Below are positions 55,913-64,000 of a DNA stretch of 64,000 nucleotides, in pieces. This DNA is from the human T2T-CHM13v2.0 reference genome, Homo sapiens: NCBI RefSeq assembly GCF_009914755.1, contig NC_060928.1, one strand, 5' to 3'. The translations under genes were made by a program, and so were the position numbers. The notes under the pieces were generated by a model. It was not told the origin of the DNA and made no database searches. It saw nothing but the letters and a program-made list of their open reading frames with translations. Every line of letters starts with the position of its first letter. Position 1 is the first letter of the stretch.

Positions 55913-56960
55913 AGTATATCTTGGAGTATTACAGTAGACGGTAGACTACTGGAAACTCAATGAAGTAGTAGCCCTAGTTGCAGCTGTTTGTCATGTGTTA
56001 TCTTTGTTAAATTAACATTGCTTCAATCTTTTGCGTGTCCTTTCGTGAGCAGATATGTTCTTTTCCATCTCTATTAGAAATGAGGACCAGAAATAGCTTA
56101 TACTCACATGGTTTGGTTAACAGTATATATACTTAGTTTTTCTGCAAGGATTTTGTTTAGAGTTTTTCTGCAAGGCTTTTGACTCCCCACATCCTCTGTC
56201 GCTATGTATTCTGGAGGAACTTGAACCACCTGGGCATTATACAGAACATCATACTATATTGTTATATCCTCCAGTATAACTACTCCATCATGTTATTTGG
56301 ACTTAACAAACAATGTCAAGGACATTGGAGACTATGATAAGACACATATGCTCCAGAAGGTGGGAGATAAAAACCAAAAATACATTAGGTGCCCACCACA
56401 TCAGCGAATGTTGTGGAGAATGATCTACAAAATATAGACGTATTGGGACAACCCATGGAAAGCACAAATTATTGCATTGTACATTTTCTGTCACTAGGAA
56501 CAAAGCAAAATGACTCTTTGGGTTCGGAAGACAGCATGCTCTATCTACACTTGTAAGCCAATTTACCGATTAAGAAGAAACTCAGGTAGCTTTGATTTTT
56601 GGTCTAGAGTAGGAAATTTTTCTTATGCATTCCTAGGCTGCAGGGCCAAATTGGCAGAAATCTCATGAATTTTATGTCAATCTTCAATAAGAGAATATCA
56701 ATCATATCTAGGATTTTGAAGTAAAGGCCTGTTACCTGGAACAGTTAATTGTACAGCATTGCAAAAACAGCTCCTTGTGTACTTCTGCACTCTGACAGCG
56801 ATGAAGAACCTAGCCATGGGACATCAAGTAACCTTGCAGCCACAACTACCCAGAGTGAGCTGGGTCTTGTCATACCTACTAAATAGGAATATTGGGTGGC
56901 CCCTACAGTAATCTATCATAAAGCAGGCAGGGTACAAATGAGTTCAGGCACAAATAAGCC
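55340..56960 (+). mobile_element. Ancient ERVL-class internal region (decayed protease/RT/tether)
   Basis: Broken frames read SWSIT..VDYWKLNEVVALVAA and ADMFFSISIRNEDQK, matching ERVL RT (WRMTVDYRKLN; NAFFSIP); many stops and frameshifts. Confidence 0.75.
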
Positions 56961-56974
56961 CAAATAACAGAAAT

Positions 56975-57960
56975 ATGTGATAAACTCTTTATTTTTGTGT
57001 GTGTTAAACATTCAGTTATCTTTTAAGGGATTTAAATAAAAAAATTTATATATTCCATCATTTATTAATAGTTATTATTCTCCATGTTCTTTATTTCTAT
57101 GTGGAGATACAGATTTCCATATGATATCTTTTTCCTTCCACCCAAATCATTTTCTTTAAAATTTCTCGAGCTAATTTCTCATCATTGAGGCAATACTCTG
57201 TTTTATACTCTATGCACAACGAAAAGTGAGGTTTTTCAGTCAAACTCTGGAGGATAGCCACTATTCCTGGCCCTTTGAACGTCAAGCACTGGCATTTGGG
57301 TAGTTCTTTTCCTGCTGCCAGGCCGTTTCCTCACAGCATTTGCTGAACAGAACTCAGCTGAATACTTAAGGGGATCCTTTGCATATACCTGAATTTCTCT
57401 CTCACTGTGCAGCTTTCTCCTCCCTGTTTTGTAAGTAGCCGCCTTGGTCTCTGCACTCTCAGCTCAGTCTGCTCTATTCAGGCAGTCTGCCTGGTTGCCC
57501 ATTCCTGCTCCATGGCCTGAAAACCATCACAAGGCAGTAAACTGAAGCAGTGGAAGGGTTATTCTCATGTGTTGCCTGCCTCTCAGGATAATTGCTCTTC
57601 GTTAGCTTATATACAATGTCATGAAACATTGCTTCACATATTTTGTATTTTTTTTTCAGGTGAGAGGGCAAATCCTGCCCGTTTTTCCATCCATCATAGC
57701 TGAAAGTAAAAGTACATATGCTAGAATTTTGAACTGAATTGCTTTTGCTTTTAAACTATAGAACAATTTATGAAGAATTCTTAAATTAACAATTAAAACT
57801 CTTCCTCATGATAGAAGTTGCTTTCTTTATTTTGTTTTTTTAACTTCTCTTTCATCAATGTTTATAATTTCCAGTATACAGATATCATATGGGATATTAT
57901 ATGCTATTATTGCATTAGTTAGGACTTCAAGTATGATGTTGAAAACCAGCAGTGAGGAAC
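56975..57960 (-). mobile_element. Old L1M (L1MC/MD-like) fragments
   Basis: T-rich; ATTGCATTAGTTAGGACTTCAAGTATGATGTTGAA resembles antisense ORF2; other parts resemble old L1 5' regions. Confidence 0.55.
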
Positions 57961-58949
57961 TTGATTTTTTTTTTTTTTTTCTGAGAAGAAATAGAGAAGA
58001 TCAAACTAGGGAAAGTGCTCAAAAGACAGTCTACTGGACACAACCTATGACATGTCTTATTTAATTCTACTTTCCTTGCTTCTTCATGCTAAAAAACAAA
58101 ACAAAACAAGCAACGAAAACAGAAATAAGGATGTTTTTACTACTGTACAGCATTGCTTTTTTGCCTTTCAGGTTGCATGAAATACTTTAAGCACTGATTT
58201 AGTCTTTATATTTGATATAGCAAGGTATTCCTGGTTGGCATCTTCTAACATCCTTTCGGACTTTTACTTCATTTAGTTGCATTTACACATTGTTTTGAGA
58301 TAACCTCTGCTACTAGTTTTGTTGAGGATAGGCTTTGTGTTTTTGTTTGTTTTGTTCCTCATTCTTCTAGTGTTTATTCTGAGAAGAGAGAAAGTACTGA
58401 TATTTATAATCTGGATTTTAAAACTGAAGTCAAAGTGAATATTACAAAATATTGAATTTTCTTCAACATCTAGTTTTTTCTTCCTTGTTCTTGTTAGGTA
58501 AGAATCAGAGAATAAATGCTTCCATTTTCCATACCAATTATGTTACCTGTATTTCCATTACACCTTTATTTATTGTGTACTGTCTCTGATCTTTAATATA
58601 ATCAGTATATACTATGCTATCCACTACTTCAACCACAGTCTTCTCAATACTTTCAACTTCCTTAGGACACTGTCCTACCTTTTGCTTTGGCCTTATTATA
58701 TCAAACCTTGGATGATTCAACTACTCTCACTCTGCATCCTCCTCACCACAGAACACTAAACATTCTTGAATTTGGACTGAAAGTAAGCTAGCATTTTACA
58801 TCACAACGGATTTATTCAACATGTGCATCAATCCTTTGATATTTGCTTGGTCTTATCTGTCCTAGACCGAGTAGGAACAATGACAAACTTCAATACTTTT
58901 GTTTTAACCCTTTGGTGCTATTATTTCACCTGTCACTTTCGGCATCCAA

Positions 58950-58966
58950 TCTTCTCTTTCTCTTTC

Positions 58967-59004
<38 letters not shown>
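58950..59004 (+). repeat. (CT)n(CA)n compound microsatellite
   Basis: Direct reading. Confidence 0.9.
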
Positions 59005-59204
59005 TAGCAGATTGTAGTTGAAATCCTACTATTCCATTAAAACTATAAACTCAATTGCATTTACATCCTCCCTCTTGTTAGGAAGGAATAAATGCGGCTT
59101 CTAATTTTATACCTTTGCCCATGTTCTGAATCATCACACCACACTGTTATGAACTAGGCTCTCAATTAAGTTTCCATTATTTTTAATGTGATTTCTCGTG
59201 TATA

Positions 59205-59620
59205 TATTCATTTTTGATTTTAAGGAAATTCTCAAACATACACAAATTAGGGAGATTAGTACACTGAACTCCAGTATTTAATTTCTTAAGATATTTGCCA
59301 TATTTTCTTTATCGTTTTTCTTTTTTTCTTAGCTGAATTTTTAATATAAATATCAGACATCATGTCATTAAATACTTATGCAGTCCTTCAGTATATATAT
59401 CTAAAAATATGAATTTTCTACAAAGCTACAATAATATTATCATACTTAATAAAATTAATAATAATGTGGTTTCCTCTCTTATTTATGTTCAAATATCTTC
59501 CACTTTATTAAAAATGCCTTTTAGGCTATTTTTTTTTCCTCTTTAAGATCAAAACAAAGACTGCATATTGCAGTTGTTTGTTAGATCCTATACCTCCTTT
59601 TAACTGGGAGAGCTCTTTCT
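59205..59620 (-). mobile_element. L1MC-like 3'-end fragment
   Basis: TCAAACATACACAAA, CAGACATCATGTCATT and ATTATCATACTTAATAAAATTAATAATAAT. Confidence 0.65.
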
Positions 59621-60429
59621 CTCCGCTATTTTGCTATTGAAAAGACGTGCTCCTTCAAAACGTATTTTCAAATCTGTATTAAATAAATATATTGTAGAGT
59701 ATAATTTTAAATTTTTTTTATGACTTTAATTTTGGCTGGCAGTGACTTCTGTTATATGCGTATTGGATCTCCTTTGGCTGACTCCTATATCACTTTATCT
59801 TGAATACTTTTGTAGTGATTTTGATTCCTTTTGTTTTACTATTCCATCTGACATCATATACTTTTTATAGGTTGTATTCTGTGTTGTCGAGTTGCTGTTG
59901 TATACCTGCCAATTTAAGGGATTTTTTTTTCACTACTGTTTTCAGAGATTTGGTTAAGGGAAATTTTAACTGACTTGTGTCATGAATTTAGGATAATTAT
60001 ATGCCTACCTGATTATATATTAGAGATTTTTATATTCTGTTCCTTGAAATTATTCAAATGCAAAATAATATCATTTTTCTGTGACATTACATAGCAAAAA
60101 TTTGCCAATTCTCTTGAAAGTTCTGCTATGTCACTTATTATCCTTACTGGACTGCAAATATTATGAGGAAAGGAACTGTGTCTGCTACATCTTTGTATAC
60201 CAACACGCTCATGGCCCAATGTATTGAATTGAAAATTGTTTGTTAAATAAAGCTATAGTGGGTTAGTGAATAGCTTAAGAGTGACAATATTACTGTACAT
60301 GCCCCAAATTTACTAAACAAATAACTTTATATAACAACAGTTTCAAAAGTTATTTATTTGAAATTTAGTACTTTACCATAGATTTGTATTATCTGTGGTC
60401 ATTAGAGCCTCAGGTTAGTCAGCTCTCCT

Positions 60430-60960
60430 AGTTAAAAATCTCCAACGACATACAAGAAAGTACAAATTTATTAACCTGGCTTGTAAAGATCTAAAGGATT
60501 TGGCCACAAACCACCTGTCTGATATCTTTTTATACTGCTCTCCCACTTGCTTATTACTTTTATTGCTCTGTTTGTTGAATCTGCCAAATTCTTTGCTGAT
60601 GTAGCCAAATATACATTCTACTATATGGATTGTTCTTTCCTCTACTGCTATGTTACTAGACCTTTTTTGTCATTTTTTTTCATTTGTCACATCCTGAGGG
60701 AGAACTTCTTTAATCACTAAAGGAAAACCAACCACCAGGCCACTATGGCTCACATCTCCCTATATTAATCCTCTGCTTAACACTAATCATTTCCTGCAAC
60801 TTGTCTGTTTGCTTATTTGATGTTTTCATTCACACATCCATTTTAATATGAAATGTTTGAAAGCAGAAACTTATCTTTGAGGTTCAATACTGACTGTAGC
60901 ATAAGGAACAATTTTTAGATATGTAGTAGGTATGTAAAAGAAATTTCTTGAATGACTGAT
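60430..60960 (+). mobile_element. L2 3' region
   Basis: L2-like motifs ending AGTAGGT...AAATTTCTTGAATGACTGA. Confidence 0.6.
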
Positions 60961-61164
60961 TTTTAAAATCTTGTTTGAGAAAATAGTATTCATGGAATCT
61001 TGATGAAAGGCTATTTAATCCATTAATTTCTCTGGATATTCATAATCTATCTCCAACCTAAGCAAATCCCTCAGTCAACTCCATGATCATAATTATACTG
61101 ATGCTATATAGAAGTGCTTTAATTAAACCACACATTGCACTTTCCCTTTAGTTAAGAAATATAG

Positions 61165-61465
61165 TCCAGGCTCAGTGGCTCAAGCCTGTAATCCAAGCAA
61201 TTTAGGGGGCCAAGTTGACTGGATCACTTGAGCCTAGGAGTTTGAGACCAGCCTGGGAAATATGGCAAAACCCTATCTCAACTGAAAGTATAAAAATTAG
61301 CTGGAGAGGATGGCACGTGCCTGAAGTCCCAGCTATTCAGGTAGTTGTGGTAGGAGGATAGCTTAAGCCCAGGAGGTTGAGGCTGCAGTGATCCATGATC
61401 ATACCACTGCACTCCAGCCTGGACAGCACAGCAAGACCCTGTCTCAAAAGAAAAAAAGAAAAAAG
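61165..61465 (+). mobile_element. AluJ, full length
   Basis: CTTGAGCCTAGGAG, GGAGGATAGCTT, GAGGCTGCAGTGA and ATGATCATACCAC. Confidence 0.93.
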
Positions 61466-61469
61466 TATA

Positions 61470-61814
61470 TAGGAAGCCCTCCATATATGTGGGTTTCAAG
61501 TCTATGGATTTAATAAACCATGGATTGAAAATATTAGGGAGAAAAAAATGAAAGTTGCATCTGTACTGAACACGTACAGACAGATTTCTATAGCATTATT
61601 CTCTAAACAATACAGTACAACAACTTTTTACATAGCATTTACATTGTATTAGTTATTATAAGTAATCTAGAGATATTTTACAGTATACATGAGGATTCGC
61701 ATAGGTTATATACACACACTACACTATTTTATACAAAGGACTTCAGCATCTGTGGGTTTTCGTATTTGCAGGGTTGTCTGAAACCAATCCCTCACAGATA
61801 CTGAAAGGTGACTA
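61470..61814. mobile_element. Tigger3a (MER7)-like non-autonomous DNA transposon
   Basis: TCTGTACTGAACAC, CATAGCATTTACATTGTATTAG and TATAAGTAATCTAGAGAT; degenerate TIRs flanked by TA; ~345 bp. Confidence 0.88.
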
Positions 61815-61991
61815 TATTATGAGAAATACTCCATGGAGTTTTATTTATTGAAAGGATGCGGTTGAGAATATAATTTACTGCATTGTACAATTTCTTTTTT
61901 ATAGAGGCTCTGAGGATTTTTTCACCCTCATATTTTAATACCAAAAGTAGTTGTTTTCTCCAGGAAAAAAAAAATAGTTATAGTAACTGTT

Positions 61992-62536
61992 TGTATTAGG
62001 TGGGGTTCTCTAGAGGGACAGAACAAATAGGACATATGTATATATGAAAGGGAGTTTATTAAGGAGAAGTGATTTGCAAGGTAAAGTCCCATGATAGGCC
62101 ATCTGCAAGTTGAGGAGCAAGGAAGCCAGTAGTGGATCAGTTTGAATTCCAAAACCTAAGAAGTAGGGAAGCCAACAGTGCAGCATTCAGTCTGTGGCCA
62201 AAGGCCCAAGAGCCACAGGCAAACCAGTAGTGTAAGTACAGGAGTCCAAAAGCCAAAGAATTTGGAGTCTGATGATGGAGGGTAGGAAGTATCCAGCACA
62301 GGAGAAAGAGGAAGACTAGAAGACTCAGTAAGTCTGCTCATTCCAGCTTCTTCTGCCTGCTTTTGCTACTCGTGCTGGCAGCTGAGGGGATAATGCCCAC
62401 CAAGATTAAAGATGGGTCTACCTCTCCCAATCCACTGACTCAAATGTTAATCTCCTCTAGTAACATTCTTGCAGACACACCAAGAAAAAACACTTTCCAT
62501 CCTTCATTGCAATCAAGTTGACACTTAACCATCACA
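61992..62536 (-). mobile_element. MLT2B-like 3' LTR of an ERVL provirus
   Basis: TGTATTAG...GTTCTCTAGAGGGACAGAAC start and CAATCAAGTTGACACTTAACCATCACA end; abuts internal sequence. Confidence 0.93.
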
Positions 62537-64000
62537 AGTCTACCACTTGTCAACTTATACCCACATACATCTCCAAATAAAGACAATAATAAGGTCATAA
62601 TTACATCTAACAATAAAGCTGTCCTTTGTACAACTGGAAGCACACTAATTTTTAACCTAAATGCTATTACATAAAGTTAACAACACTTAAATGCTGATAT
62701 GGAGTCAATAAATCTTATGTCACATAATAAAGAGAAAGGAAAGGAAATAAAATGAAGATATTTTCTTAGTACAAGTGTATACATGCACAAACATACTGTT
62801 AATAAAATCAGGAGGAGGTATTTATGACATTCTTCATTTCTGCAACTGGTCAGGTGATCATAGTTGGCATTGATAACTACCTTCTTCTATTACCCATTCT
62901 GCATTCCCTTTACCTTCAGCAAACATCTCAGATGATCATGTTTTTTTACCTGGTGAATTGACTCAAACCTTATTCCTGAGGGGGCTGAACCATTTGCAGT
63001 CCTGCCTGGACTGGGTTGTTGTAGTTTCCCATTGACCTTAATCACGGGGCATGGTAATACTAAGAGACGCCCTGAGGGATCTCTTGTGTTTCACACATAC
63101 ACTTCCTTACCTCTACTGTGGAGTCATAGACTGATTTCATCTTGATAGTACAGGTCAATCACTCCAGACAACACTGTAACTCCCTTCTTGGCCTGTTGAC
63201 TCAGAGGTAGGAGAAGCCCAAAGTGGCCAGGTGGCATCTTAACTTCCAGTTTACTGGAATTATTGTTGCATCTCCTGGTGGCAGCATTCCTCGCTCTGGA
63301 ACTAAGACCTCTAAACCAGGAGAACATAATGTCACAGGAACAGAAGCAAAAATTTTGTTGGTGGGGGCAGTCATTTGGGGTGATGGTGAGTGGTGCCATT
63401 TGTACTTCCACCCCTTGATTTCTGGACCCATGAATCCTAGCTATGGGAGAAACAGTACCATATATTGGGCACTGAATCAGAGTATACATGGCCTTCTGGA
63501 GAACTTTACCGCAGCCCTTCAAAGTATTGTCACCTAGTTGGTACTGTAATTGTGACTTCAAAAGCCCATTCCATCATTCTATCAATCCAGCTTCTTCAGG
63601 ATGATGGGGAACGTTGATAAGACCAGTGAATTTCATTGGCATGAGTTCACTCCCTCACTTCTTTAGCCATAAAATGAGTGCCTTTTTCAGAGGCAATTCA
63701 GTGTGGAATATTATGATAGTGGATAAGGCATTCTGTGAGTCCACAGACGATAGTCTTGGCCGAAGAACTGCAATGCAGGATAGGCAAATCCATATCTGGA
63801 GTAAGTGTCTATTCCAGTGAGAACAAAGTGCTGCCCTTTTCATGATGGAAGAGGTCCAATATAGTCAACCTACCACCAAGTAGCTGGGTGATCACCCTGA
63901 GAAATGGTGCCATATCGAGTGCTCAGTGTTGATCTCTGCTGTTGGCAAATTGGGCACTCATTAGTAGCCTTAGCCAGGTCAGCCTTGGTGAGTGAAAGTC
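62537..64000 (-). mobile_element. ERVL (HERVL/ERVL-B4-like) internal region, runs off the window
   Basis: PPT-like AAGTTGACAAGTGGTAGACT next to the LTR; integrase and dUTPase remnants. Confidence 0.93.
63060..64000 (-). pseudogene. Disrupted ERVL integrase followed by dUTPase
   Basis: Integrase EAGLIEWWNGLLKSQL..YGTVSPIARIHGSRNQG; dUTPase GLEVLVPERGMLPPGD and PPGHFGLLLPLSQQAKKGVTVLSGVID; spread over several frames. Confidence 0.88.

Overview
AT-rich, CpG-poor primate (catarrhine-type) genomic DNA, intergenic or deep intronic. I find no credible cellular protein-coding gene, structured RNA gene or CRISPR array. The supplied ORFs are chance frames or read through Alu, THE1, LTR12, MLT and ERVL repeats. 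The window is a layered transposon record: ancient L2, MIR and L1M fragments, two Tigger-family elements, many MaLR/ERVL LTRs, a two-LTR THE1D provirus, an LTR12 nested in an MST LTR, two ERVL internal regions (decayed RT; integrase plus dUTPase), about 13 Alus and one fossil Alu monomer. The observations repeats do not explain are (i) repair or template-switch scars at 27.65-27.78 kb, 48.27-48.36 kb and 25.29-25.42 kb, and (ii) repeat-free, motif-dense blocks that look like developmental enhancers at about 26.2-26.8 kb and 42.6-43.1 kb. I do not see evidence of a new biological system. Repeat subfamily names come from recalled consensus sequences and need RepeatMasker/Dfam confirmation. Boundaries of old elements are approximate.
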